A stretch of DNA of 64,000 bases. It comes from an uncultured Chloroflexia bacterium. Its GTDB lineage: Bacteria; Chloroflexota; Limnocylindria; Limnocylindrales; CSP1-4. Position 1 is the first letter of the stretch; every line of letters begins with the position of its first letter. The stretch is from the NCBI GenBank assembly GCA_963772995.1, contig CAVYZQ010000004.1:15359-79358 (forward strand). Direction: 5' to 3'. A program made the position numbers and the translations under genes. The notes under the pieces were generated by a model. The model worked only from the letters and a program-made list of their open reading frames with translations. It was not told where the DNA came from and searched no databases. Positions 20,202 to 30,092 of the stretch are shown piece after piece.

Positions 20202-20971
20202 ATGACATTCGAGGGCAGGACCGATCGTCGTGACGGGAGGCGCGTCCGGCATTGGCCGGGCCGTGGCCGAGGTCCTTGCCGCACGCGGCGCACAGGTCGC
20301 CGTGATCGACTGGAAGGAGGATACTAGCGCGAGAGACAGCCGCCCGAATCGGGGGCCGAGCCTACGTGGCCGACGTCAGCGACGAGCCCCAGGTCACCGC
20401 GGCGTTCGCTGCCATCGATGGCGACCTCGGACCGATCCATGGCCTCTCCACGAATGCCGGGATCGCCCAGCCCGAGGGTCTCGTCCACGAGGAGCCGGTC
20501 GAGGTGTGGGATCGGATCATCGCGGTCAACCTGCGGGGGACCTTCCTCGCGGTCCGCGCGGCGATGGCCCGCTTCGTCGCCCAGGGAACACCCGCGTCCA
20601 TCGTCTGCACCTCGTCGGTCGTGGCCGATGCCGCCATCCGTGGCGGGACCAATGCCTACACGGCCTCCAAGGGTGCCATCAACACCTTTGTGACCCAGGT
20701 GGCCGTTGACTACGCGGAGCGAGGCATCCGCATCAACGCCGTCGGCCCGGGTGCCACGGATACCCCGCTGATGTGGGACACCACTCCGCCCGAGGCGGTG
20801 GCCGACATGCGGCGGACCATCGATCACGACGTCCCGCTCGGTCGCATCGGTCGACCGGTGGAGGTCGCCAACCTCATCGCGTGGCTTCTCTCGGACGAGG
20901 CCTCGTACGTGACCGGCGCCTTCTATCTCGTCGACGGCGGGACGTCGGCCAAGAGCACGCTGACGGTCTGA
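20202..20971 (+). CDS. Short-chain dehydrogenase/reductase (SDR), at least 2 frameshifts
   Basis: MTFEGRT, then after a shift near 20222 [15 protein letters not shown] (TGxxxGxG). After a second shift near 20340 comes ORF 20366..20971 with [21 protein letters not shown] (YxxxK), PGATDTPL and AFYLVDGG. Confidence 0.85.
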
Positions 20972-21031
20972 TCGGAGCGGATCCAACCGGACGCGATCCC
21001 GGGAGACCGGGGTCGCCGGGAGAGGAGACAC

Positions 21032-22547
21032 ATGGCGGTCTACGGAGAGTCCAAACAGCCAGAACAGGGGATGATGGTCGCGCAGACCGAACTCGCCGCG
21101 GGGGCGATGGGGCTCGGCTCGGTCGTGGCGCAGGCGGTGACGCATATCGCGCCGGCGATGGGCTTCCTGACCGGCGCCACCTTCATCGCGACCTATGCCG
21201 GCACCGGCGTCCCGCTTGCCTACATCGGCGCGTTCCTCGTGTGCATGTCGATCGGGCTGACGCTGGTCCAGCTGGCCAAGCACCTGCCGTCGGCGGGTGG
21301 CTACTTCACGTATGTCAGCCGGACGCTCCACCCGCGCCTGGGCTTCATGACGGCATGGCTCTACTTCCTGTACGACCCGACGGTGCTCGCCATCAACCTG
21401 GCGATCGTCGGGGTGATCTTCGAGCAGACTCTGAAGACCTATGCCTCGATCACGTTCCCCTGGTGGGCGACCGTGCTCGTCGGGACCGCTGCCGTGATCG
21501 CGGTCATCTACCGGGGCGTCCGGATCTCGGGCAAGCTGCTGATCGTCCTCGCCTCGATCGAGATCGCGATGCTCCTGATCTTCGCGCTCATGGGGCTGCT
21601 CAATCCGGGTCCCGGCGGCGTCAGCACCATCCCGTTCCAGATCGACCCGGCCTACGGGCTCGACAAGACGTTCGTGGGCGTCGTGTTCGCGATCTTCGCG
21701 TTCACCGGCTTCGAGGCGGTCGCGCCGATGGCGGAGGAGACGCGCGAACCCGCGCCGGAACCTCCCCGCGCGATCGTCATCTCGCTCGTCCTGATGGGCA
21801 TCTTCTACGTCCTCGCCACGTTTGGGCTGGTCATCGGCTGGGGCACCGACACGTTCGACGAGACCTTCGCCGGCCAGAGCGTCAACGCCTTCATGGAGCT
21901 CGCCGTCCGGCTCTTCGGCTCGTGGGGCTGGATCGTGCTGTTCCTGGCGATCCTCAACAGCGTCATCGCCGTCGGGATCTCCGGGTCGAACGCGGCGACC
22001 CGCGTCTGGTTCTCGATGGCCCGCGGCGGGGCGCTGCCGAAGCCGCTGGCCAAGGTCCATCCCGTCTACAAGACCCCGACGAACGCGATCATCCTGTACG
22101 CCGTCGTGACGCTCGTGCTGGCGTTCGGCGGCGCCTGGCTGTTCGGAACGCGTCATCACCACGACCGAATCGGGCTTCGCCCCGGACGTGCTCTTCTACT
22201 GGTCCGGGCTCGCGATCACCCTCGGGCTGATCGGCGTGTACGGCCTGGGCAGCATCGGCGTCATCAGGTACTACTGGACCGAGCGGCGCGACGAGTTCAG
22301 CTGGCTCTGGCACCTCATCATCCCGGTGATCTCGATCGTCGCAATCCTCGTCGTCGGCTACTACTCGCTCCAGGGCCTGGCGGCGCCCTACCTGTACGCA
22401 CCGGTCTTCGTCGCGCTTTGGGTCATCGCCGGTGTCGTGATCCTGGTGGTCGCCCGGGCGCGCGGGGGCGAGGACTGGCTGCTGAAGGCGGGCGAGGTCG
22501 CCTATGAACGGCAGGCCACGCCGGAGGAGGTGGCCGGCGCCATCTGA
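21032..22547 (+). CDS. APC-superfamily amino acid / polyamine-type permease, 1 frameshift
   Basis: ORF 21032..22507 covers about 10 TM segments (AGGYFTYVSRTL, FAIFAFTGFEAVAPMAEE, ILNSVIAVGISGSNAATR). The last two TM segments are in ORF 22188..22547. The frames join near 22145-22148. Confidence 0.85.
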
Positions 22548-22559
22548 CCCAGGAGCGAC

Positions 22560-23661
22560 ATGCGCGACGAGCCGTTCGCGGATCGTTGCCGCGCCGCAGG
22601 GGCGGCGGCCTCCTCCCTCGGGGCCGCCGCCCTGCTCGCCTCCGACCCGGCCACCGTCCGCTGGCTGACCGGGCGGCAGGCCGAGATCGAGTTCGGTCCG
22701 CCGTACCCGATCTGGGCGGGTACATTCGTCGTGCTCGGTCCCGACGGGACCGGGCGGATCATCTGCAGCGAGGACGAGGTCAGCGCCGGGCCGCCGGTCC
22801 AGGGGCTGGAGGTCGTTCCGTACGAGGCGTACACGCTGGGTGAGCTGCGTCCGCTGGCGAACGCCGCCGCCGTGTTCGGGGACGCGGTTCCGCTGGCGAT
22901 CGAGCCGCACGCCCTTCCCCTCGCCATGGCCGATGGACGGCCGTGGATCGACGCCACGGCGGCCCTGCGCGAACTGCGCGTCCGCAAGGATCCGGCCGCG
23001 CGGGAACGCATCCGGCGGACCGCGTGCCGTGGTCTCGGCGGGCCAGCGCGCGTTCCGCGAGACCGCGGCGCCCGGCATGCGGGAGATCGAGGTCTTCTCG
23101 GCCGTGCATGCCGCGATGGAGCGGGAGGCGGGTGCCCGCGTCCCCGTCCTGCCGGACCTGCTGTCCGGCGAGCGGATGCTCGAGGTGGGTCGTCCGCCGA
23201 CCGACCGCGTGATGGGACCCGACGAGCTGGCGCTGTGCGACCTCGCCGCGCGCTATGACGGTTACTGGGCCGATTCGTGCACGACGATCTGCCTCGGGAC
23301 GCCAACCCGGGCGATGGTCGAGCTCCACGACGCCTGCTATCGCGCCCTCGACGTGGCGATCGCCGCGGCACGACCCGGCACGATCACCGGGGACCTTGAC
23401 GCGCGGGTCCGGGGGATGATGGCCGAGGCCGGATACGCGCTACCCGCACCACACCGGGCACGCCGTCGGGGTGACGTACCACGAGGAGCCCCGGATCGTG
23501 CCGGCACGCCACCGCCAGACTCGACGAGGGGATGATCGTCGCCCTGGAGCCGGCGGGATTCGGGAACGGGATCGGTTGCCGACTGGAGCACCTCGTGGAG
23601 GTGGCGGCATCGGGAGGCGTCGTGCTGACCGATTACGACCTCTCGCTCGTCGCTCGGTGAT
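22560..23661 (+). CDS. M24-family metallopeptidase (Xaa-Pro dipeptidase / creatinase fold), at least 3 frameshifts
   Basis: A creatinase-like N-terminal domain is in ORF 22560..23258. REIEVFSAVHAAMEREAG...LCDLAARYDGYWADSCTT...DLDARVRGMMAEAGY is in ORF 22840..23535. HHTGHAVGVTYHEEPRI and MIVALEPAGF follow in further frames. Confidence 0.8.
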
Positions 23662-23729
23662 CAGGAGCCCGGGGCTATCGATCGGCGGGGCACGCCCGGT
23701 GGCGGCTCGCAGGCGACCGGTTACCGGCC

Positions 23730-24473
23730 TCAGATGACCTGGGTCACCCGGCCGACGTAGCGGCCGAAGGCGCTCGCGTTGTTCGCCTCGGAGCCATCGA
23801 GGTTATACGAGCGCACGCGGGGCGGCTCCACCCCGCGACGGACGAGCTCGGCGACGGACTCGACAAGGACAGCATTGAGCAGGGCCGCGCCCAGGACCGT
23901 CGAGGTGGCCCCGGCCCGGACGGGGACGTCTCCGATCTCGAGGATCGCGTCGCCCGGCGGGCCGCCGGTATCGAGCACGACGTCGGCGAGCTCGTGCAGC
24001 CGCTTGCCCGAGGAGTGGCGCGAGAGGCTGGTGCTTGCGTAGTCGAGGGCGGTCAGGGCGATGATCGGCAGTCCGGCCGCCCGACCGGCCATCGCCATCT
24101 CGATCGGGGCGGGGTTGCGCCCGGAATTGCTGATGACGAACAGGCAGTCTTGCGGATCCATGACCGCGTCCCGGAGCAGGGTGGCAGCGTAGCCCTCGAG
24201 CTGCTCCGCCCGGCCGAACCCCGGATCGAAGATGACCTGCACGCCGGCGTAGCCGCCAGCGCGACCAGCGGCCTCCATGGCGAGCAGCTGGGAATGGCCG
24301 CTGCCGAACAGCCGGATGATCCCGTCGCCTTCCACGGCGTCGGCGACGATCGCGGCCGCCGCCGGGATCGACGTCTCGTTCGCCGTCCGCAGGTGCGCCA
24401 GCCGCTCGTCGATGGCATCGAGGTAGCGAATGGCGGTCGTAGCCGCCCCCTTGGATTGATCGCGATCAGGCAT
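23730..24473 (-). CDS. Single-SIS-domain protein (UPF0309-like sugar-phosphate binding/isomerase)
   Basis: Intact from ATG 24473 within ORF 23730..24566, with IIRLFGSGHSQLLAMEAAGRAGG, CLFVISNSGRNPAPIEMA and GATSTVLGAALLNA. Confidence 0.8.
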   Translation of the reverse strand: MPDRDQSKGAATTAIRYLDAIDERLAHLRTANETSIPAAAAIVADAVEGDGIIRLFGSGHSQLLAMEAAGRAGGYAGVQVIFDPGFGRAEQLEGYAATLLRDAVMDPQDCLFVISNSGRNPAPIEMAMAGRAAGLPIIALTALDYASTSLSRHSSGKRLHELADVVLDTGGPPGDAILEIGDVPVRAGATSTVLGAALLNAVLVESVAELVRRGVEPPRVRSYNLDGSEANNASAFGRYVGRVTQVI

Positions 24474-25474
24474 CGTCGCCTCCCATGCCCTGGGCAGCCA
24501 GCGCGTCCACGAGCGACGGCGTAGCCGCGATATGGCCCTCCCGGAGCGCCAGCAGGGCGGCACCACCGAGACCTGAGAGGCGCGGGTTCGCCAGGATCAC
24601 GGGGCGCGGGGTCAGCCGCTCCAGCGCCTCCCGGAACGGGTCCCGGTAGACGGCGCCCGCCCGGAAGATCTTCCCGAGCGTACCGACGAGGATCGGTTCG
24701 CGCTCCCAGTCGAGTCGATCGATCGCGGCGGCGACATCGACGGCAAAGTCCGCCGCGGCGCCCGCGACGATGTCACGCGCTTCGACGTCGCCATCGATCG
24801 CGAGCGCGGCCACATCCCTGGCGAGACGCGCCACCTCGCGGTATTCGATCTCGCCGGCGTAGACCCGATCGGGTACCTCCGGGATCTTCCGGCCCCAAAT
24901 CGCGCCAGCACGGCACGCCCGAGCGGCGAGGTCGACTGGTCGCGGTCCCATCGCCGGAGCATCGATCGGATGGTATTCGAGCCGATCTGCCAGCCGCTCC
25001 CCGGATCGCCGAAGAGGTACGCCCAACCGCCGGTGTCGGCGCGGTCGCCTCGCTCGTTGACGGCCACGACCACCGATCCGGTGCCGGCCATCGCCGCCAC
25101 GCCCGGCGCGCCGCCGGTCGCCCCCGCCCACGCGACGATCCCGTCTCCCTCGACGATCCGGCGGGACGTCGGCCAGACGTCGGCGGCGATCGCGATGCCT
25201 ACCGGCTCGCTCGCCGTTCCCGGGACGACTGCCGTCAGGCCGAGGAACACGACGTCGGGGTCGCGCCCGTCGATCTGCGACTTGGCGCGAACCTCCGTCA
25301 GGACGTCACGGAGGATCCTCCCTCCGTCGGGAGCGAGGGCATGGACCAGGCCGCCCGCATCGGCCCGGCACAGGACGCGGCCGTCCTCCACGACCAGGAC
25401 CGCCCGCGTCCCGGTCTGGCCGCCATCCACGCCGAGGAACGTGCGCGATCCCGGACCGGTCTTTCGCGTTCGGT
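24466..25474 (-). CDS. BadF/BadG/BcrA/BcrD-type ATPase (N-acetylglucosamine-kinase-like), 1 frameshift
   Basis: FLGVDGGQTGTRAVLV...GLTAV...AMAGTGSVVVA...GGWAYLFGDPGSGWQIG is in ORF 24612..25889. The C-terminal half is ORF 24466..25131 (EPILVGTLGKIF...SGLGGAALLA). The frames join near 24900, and the gene overlaps the SIS gene by 8 nt. Confidence 0.8.
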
Positions 25475-25509
25475 CGTCGGACACCCGGAGAGCATACCGG
25501 GCGTCACCC

Positions 25510-25926
25510 GGCACTCGGGCCGTGTTCGTCGGCCCCGCCAGCCCGCAGACCATGACCATCGTGGCGACCGTCGCGGCGGCCGGCCCGCAGACCAACACCG
25601 CCACGATCGTCGCCCTCGACCAGGTCGACCCCGACACCACGAACAACAGCGCCAGCGCCAGCCTGGTCCCGGGGCGGGCCGACCTCGCGCTCAGCAAGAC
25701 GGTCGACCAGCCGAGCCCGGACCTCGGCGACCAGGTCACCTTCACGGTCACCCTGACCGACGGCGGGCCGGCGACCGCGACCGGGGTGACCGTCCTGGAC
25801 GCGCTCCCGGCCGGGCTCACGTTCGTGGCCGCGACCCCCAGCCAGGGCACCCATCGAGCAGATGCCGTCCGGAGCGAAACCGGCCGCATGGATCTGTCCG
25901 TCCTCCGCTCAGGCGACAGCGTATAA
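25510..25926 (+). pseudogene. Internal fragment of a DUF11 (conserved repeat domain) surface-protein gene
   Basis: The tail of ORF 24970..25926 reads MTIVATVAAAGPQTNTATIVALDQVDPDTTNNSASASL, the end of one DUF11 domain. ADLALSKTVDQPSPDLGDQVTFTVTLTDGGPATATGVTVLDALPAGLTFVAATPSQGT follows, the start of the next. There is no start, no signal peptide and no anchor. The fragment abuts the kinase start. Confidence 0.7.
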
Positions 25927-25993
25927 CTGGGCCAGGATGGTGGGAGGAACCGCGCTCAGGCAGTGCTCAAGCCACAGCGCTGGGGGTCTCAGA

Positions 25994-26032
25994 CTTGGGA
26001 AGCAGACACTCTGCCAGCTGAGTTACTCCCGC
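25994..26032 (-). tRNA. Truncated tRNA-Gly(CCC): 5' half only (acceptor 5' strand, D-arm, anticodon stem 5' strand and loop)
   Basis: The reverse strand reads GCGGGAG TA ACTC AGCTGGCA GAGT G TCTGC TTCCCAA G. The D-stem ACTC/GAGT pairs and the anticodon loop is TTCCCAA. The next bases (TCTGAGACC...) cannot pair with TCTGC. No T-arm or CTCCCGC acceptor strand follows. Confidence 0.6.
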
Positions 26033-26045
26033 TCGGGAGACGCAT

Positions 26046-26073
26046 ATTGTAGCCAGCCGCGGAGGGTGGGCAA
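26046..26073 (-). promoter_or_regulatory. Sigma70-like promoter of the tRNA remnant (TTGCCC-N16-TACAAT)
   Basis: On the reverse strand TACAAT (26051-26046) lies 13 nt upstream of the tRNA 5' end. TTGCCC (26073-26068) lies 16 nt further upstream. Confidence 0.4.
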
Positions 26074-26367
26074 TCGGGGAACTGGCTGCCCTAGCCGAGG
26101 TCCGAGAGTGTGGGCTGCATTTCCATGCAAGTCGGCGTCGCGCTCTATGAAGAGATCGACGCTGTCCTACCCCTAGGGGCGAGCCCGCAGCTTGCTCTCT
26201 AGGCAAGCGGTCCGCGTGACGCTAAAGCTGCGACCAGGCATCTGGGTTTGGACGACCGACGGGGCCGGCCAGCGCGTCGGCAGCGTTCTTGCAGTCGGCT
26301 CGACCCCGGTCCCAGCGGGGCGCGAGGCTATCGCATTCTCCAGGCTAGACCGGGCGCCCTTGTTAAG

Positions 26368-26397
26368 CCGAAGGGGCTCCCGAAGGAGCCCCTTCGG
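26368..26397 (-). terminator. Stem-loop terminator after the BNR gene
   Basis: CCGAAGGGGCTCC-CGAA-GGAGCCCCTTCGG forms a perfect 13-bp stem with a 4-nt loop. It lies 17 nt past the stop at 26414. The U-tail on the reverse strand is weak (CTTAAC). Confidence 0.6.
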
Positions 26398-26413
26398 AGC
26401 TGTCCCGATGACG

Positions 26414-28051
26414 CTACTTCTGGACGCTGGTGAAGATGTCCGTCTCGCCGATGCCGGTCTCGCCGATCGCGGTGTTGCGCCCGTCGGTCCAGACGGCGTA
26501 CACGGCGTCGGTGCTGGCCGCGAGCCCGTTGTAGTCGCCGATGAAGGCGCCGCTCGTGAAGAACCCGTCGTTCGGATTCCAGTCACGGGTGCTGATCTTG
26601 TCGCTGGAGAAGCTCGCCGCATCGTTCTTCGAGACCGCCTGCCACGTGTTGATGTTCACGTTGGCGGGGTCGAGACGGCGGTCGAACCAGATCACGTAGA
26701 AGCGGCCGTTCTCATCGGATGCGGCCCAGGGGAAGAACTGGTCGTTGTCGGCAGGCTGGCCGGACGACGCGGTCGAGAGGAACTTGCGAGTTCGACCAGT
26801 GCAGCCCGCCGTCGCTCGAGGTCTGGTAGGAGATGTCGGCCTCCGAGGTCGGCCGGTTGATGTTGTTCTGGTAGACGTAGAGCAGCGTGCCCGTCTTCGG
26901 GCTGTAGGCGAGGGACACGGTGTTCGGCGCGCGGAAGGCCGTGGGCGGGATGGTGTCGTGAGCCCGTCCCGTCGATGAAGTCCGCGTACTGACCGGGCTT
27001 GTCGATCTGCACCGCGCTCGGCAGGAACGTCTGCCCGCCGTCGGTCGAGCGCTGGAAGAGCAGGTGCGGGTCGACGGAGTCGTTGCAGTTCTCGGAGACG
27101 AACCCGACGTCGAGCGTGCCGTTCTTCTCGACCACGGGGTCGCTGAACTGGTTCGCCGAGGCGCCGGTGCCGTTACCGCCCGGGTTGTCCGGCTGGATCG
27201 AGGTGTGCGACCAGGTCGAGAGCGCCGGGTTCTCGGTCGGGATCGAGTCGGTGTAGGCTGAGCTGGAGCGGGCAGTAGTCGCTGAACCCGTTCGGCTGGA
27301 GGTGGAACTTGGTGTAGGTGACGTAGATCCGCCCGTAGTGCGGGCTGCTCGGGTTGTTGTCGACCGCGATCAGCTCCTTGTCGTTGAAGATCGAATCGTC
27401 GACCGTGCCCGTGCTGTAGTCGAAGTTGGAGGCCGCACGCGCGGCCTGGCGGCCCGGCGTCCAGGTCTGGCCGTCGTCGACGGACTTGTAGACCTGCACC
27501 TCGGAGAAGGGCAGCGCGCGGAAGAAGCACAGCTGCGAGATGTAGAACGCGCGGTCCCGCCGGCTGTAGGCGACTCCTGGGTCGCCGCCGCTGCAGAAGT
27601 CCCGGGTGCCGCCGAACTGCGGACTGATCCGGGTGCTCGCCCAGTGCTTGCCGCTGTCCGACGTCCGCATCACGACGACGCCGCCGCTGACGTAGTCGTT
27701 CGCCGCCGCGACCGCCATCTCCGGGTGGACCACGTTGTAGGCGACCGCGGTCTCGTTCTGGGGCATCGGCGGATAGCTGTCGTCGTTCATCTGGACGTTC
27801 GAACCGAGATTGTTCCCGTGGCCGGCCCCAGGCGCCGCCGCGGCCCTCCTGGCGCTATCGGGGTCCTGAGCGGCGACGGCTCGCGCGGTGCCGGAGATGC
27901 CGCCCGCGAAGTTCTCGACATGGGTGACCCACAGCGGCCTCGTACCCCAGTTCGTGGCCGGAATGGGGGCTCCCAAACCGGCTGGGATCGTGCCCCAGGT
28001 CACTGCGACCAGGGCCGCAAGGAACGCACAGGCTCGGACGAGTCGTCTCAC
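26414..28051 (-). CDS. Secreted BNR/Asp-box repeat protein (sialidase-like beta-propeller), at least 4 frameshifts
   Basis: The signal peptide is MRRLVRACAFLAALVAVTWG. Four Asp-boxes are present: SDSGKHW, SVDDGQTW, STDGGQTF and SSDGGLHW. The reading runs through ORFs 27173..28051, 26692..27135, 26712..27530 and 26414..26695. Confidence 0.8.
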
Positions 28052-28351
28052 TGGGGTCCTCCTTCGTCACGTGCGGTGCGAAGTCCGGAAGCTCTCCGGC
28101 CGCCTCCCACCCGGACCTCCAGTGTGTCCGGATGCACCGCCGAAGGCAAGGCAGTGCATCTCCGAAAAGTGGTGCGGCGACGCAACAGGGCCGCCGAACA
28201 CGTTCCCCACGCCTGGTCAACGGCATCGCCGTCGCGACGGATTCGGCGCTCACGCAAGACCGGTGTTGAGGCGATTGGCGGCAAGCAGTTCGCGGGCGGT
28301 CACCGACAGCGGGCGGATGAAAGTGTCAAGCGGTGGGCGTACCCCGGTGCG

Positions 28352-29512
28352 CGTGGGGGTCGGAAACCCGGATTCGATCATGCGGCGAGGCCGTGGTACT
28401 CGTGGATGAGTCCGCCGAGCACGTCCCGGCGGCGAACATCGCGCGGACTGACCTGGATCGGCTGTGCGGCCGCTGCGAGCGGTGGAGCGAGGCCGAGGGC
28501 GCGCTGGGGCCGGCCGCGGTCGTCGTGCTCGGCGCAGGTCCGGAGGGTTCGATCGAGATGCCGCCGCCCCTCGATGAGCGTCCGGTCGAGGCACTCGGCC
28601 CGCATCGTCTCGATCACCCGTTCCGCGTCGGCGTTGGCGTTCGGAGCCCGGATCGGGGTGCGGATGACCCGCAGTCCCTCCGAGCGGAGGACAGCGTCAC
28701 ACGAGCCACTGGACGTCGCGTCCCGGTCGCGGATGAGGAAGCGGACGGGGCTCGCCCGAGCGTCGAGGTCCAGGGCGAGGTTCCGGGCCTGCTGGGTGAC
28801 CCACGCCGAATCGGGGTGAGCCGTTGATGGGCCGAGGTGGATCCGCCGGCTGCCGAGCTCGATGACCACGAGGATGGAGAGCGTCGTGAGCCAGGCGGTC
28901 TCGACGGTCAAGACGTCGCACGCGATGATGCCATCCGCTTGCGCGCGGAGGGACTCGGTCCAAGTCGGGCCGGTCCGTCGTGGGGCAGGACCCGCTCGGG
29001 CAGTTCGGAGCAGGGTCCGGATCGTCGTTGCGCCGACGCGCACCCCGAGCTGTCGAAGTTCCCCTCCGATCCGGACACAGCCCCACCGGGGGTTCTCCCG
29101 AGCGAACCGGAGGATGAGCGCGCGGATCGCAGGATCGATCGGTGGTCGGCCTGGCCGACCGGTCCTGCGGGAGGTCCATTTCCGGTTCACGAGCTCGCGG
29201 TGCCAGCGGAGGAGGGTCGCCGGGGTGACGAGGAAGGCGACCCAGCGGTCACGCGGGATGACCCGGCTCGCGGCCGCGAGCAGGACCCGGTCGATGGGCC
29301 GGAGCCTCGGGTGGGCCCGCCGTCCGGCGGAGCACCCGGAGCTGATGACGGAGGACGAGCATCTCGAGGTCCTTCGAGCGCTCGTCGTCTCGGCCACGCC
29401 CACCGCTGGCGAGGAGACGGACGAGGGCCCGGACGACGAGGTAGAGGAGCGACCACATCGGCCGATCGTACCCGGGTGATCCGATCGCGATCCGGGGTTT
29501 CCGACCCCCACG
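28352..29512 (-). mobile_element. IS481-like insertion sequence (single rve-type transposase, 22/23-bp terminal inverted repeats)
   Basis: The left end is CGTGGGGGTCGGAAACCCGGAT (28352-28373). The reverse complement of the right end 29490-29512 is CGTGGGGGTCGGAAACCCCGGAT. The two are identical except for CCC versus CCCC. Weaker similarity extends about 8 bp outward. Confidence 0.75.
28378..29458 (-). CDS. DDE (rve / integrase-core) transposase of the IS481-like element, 1 frameshift
   Basis: The N-terminus is MWSLLYLVVRALVRLLA...SKDLEMLVLRHQLRVLRR (ORF 29249..29815). After a shift near 29330 comes RAHPRLRPIDRVLLAAASRV...NPRWGCVRIGGELRQLGVRVGATTIRTLL...FLIRDRDATS...NANADAERV (ORF 28378..29511). 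Confidence 0.85.
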
Positions 29513-29540
29513 GGCGACCACCCCGGCCGATCCGCCCGTC

Positions 29541-30092
29541 GTGTACGGCGATTCCGCGTACGGGACGGGCCCGCTGCTCGCGACGCTCGAGGCCGCAGGG
29601 GTCGTGAGCCGGGTCAAGGTCCAGCCGCCCAACGCTCCCGGCGGCCGCTTCACCAAGGATGACTTCACGATCGACCTCGTCAGCCGCACGGTCACCTGCC
29701 CGGCCGGACGGGTGGCGGCGTTCCGGGGCAGCGCCCGCACGTACGCCGAGTTCGGCCGCGCCTGCGCCACCTGCCCGCTGGCCGCCCGGTGCACCATCTC
29801 CCCGGACGGGCGCAAGATCGAGATCGGTCCCCACGAGGCACGCCTCGCGCACGGCCGCGCCGCGAGCCGCGATCCCGCCTGGCTGGCCGACTACCGGGCG
29901 ACGCGGCCGAAGGTCGAGCGCAAGCTCGCCCACCTCATGCGCCGTCGCCACGGTGGCCGGCGGGCGAGGGTCCGGGGCCGGCTCAAGGTCGGCGCCGACT
30001 TCTCCCTCCTCGCCGCCGCGGCGAACCTCGCACGGCTGGCGGTCCTCGGGCTCACGGGGAGCTGCGGCACCTGGGCGACCCGGACCGGCTGA
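29541..30092 (+). pseudogene. 3' fragment of an IS1182/IS5-type DDE transposase gene
   Basis: ORF 29541..30092 reads YGDSAYGTGPLLATLEAAG...CPAGR...CATCPLAARCT...HEARLAHGRA...YRATRPKVERKLAHLMRRRHGGRRARVRGRLKVGADFSLLAAAANLARLA. This is the typical C-terminal third of such a transposase. The N-terminal two thirds are absent, and the IS481-like element abuts the break. Confidence 0.75.

Noticed and set aside
20324-22162. 612-aa reverse-strand ORF, the longest ORF in that region
   Set aside because: It is antisense to the clearly recognisable APC permease and SDR genes. Its product is Arg/Asp/Gly/His-rich low-complexity sequence typical of spurious high-GC antisense ORFs.
26040-26365. Possible tmRNA, RNase P RNA or SRP RNA next to the tRNA fragment (CGGCTTA, GGGACCGGGGTCGA, ..CCTCCCACCA strings)
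   Set aside because: No GAGGAAAGTCCGGGC-type RNase P core is present. No tRNA-like T-arm precedes the ACCA string. No plausible tag reading frame ends in ..ALAA-stop. No SRP domain IV motif is present.
29320-29340. Programmed -1 ribosomal frameshift in the IS transposase (as in the IS3 family)
   Set aside because: No slippery heptamer or downstream structure is visible at the junction (...CGCCGGACGGCGGGCC...). The element has IS481-like single-ORF organisation. The shift is more simply one of the many G/C-run indels.
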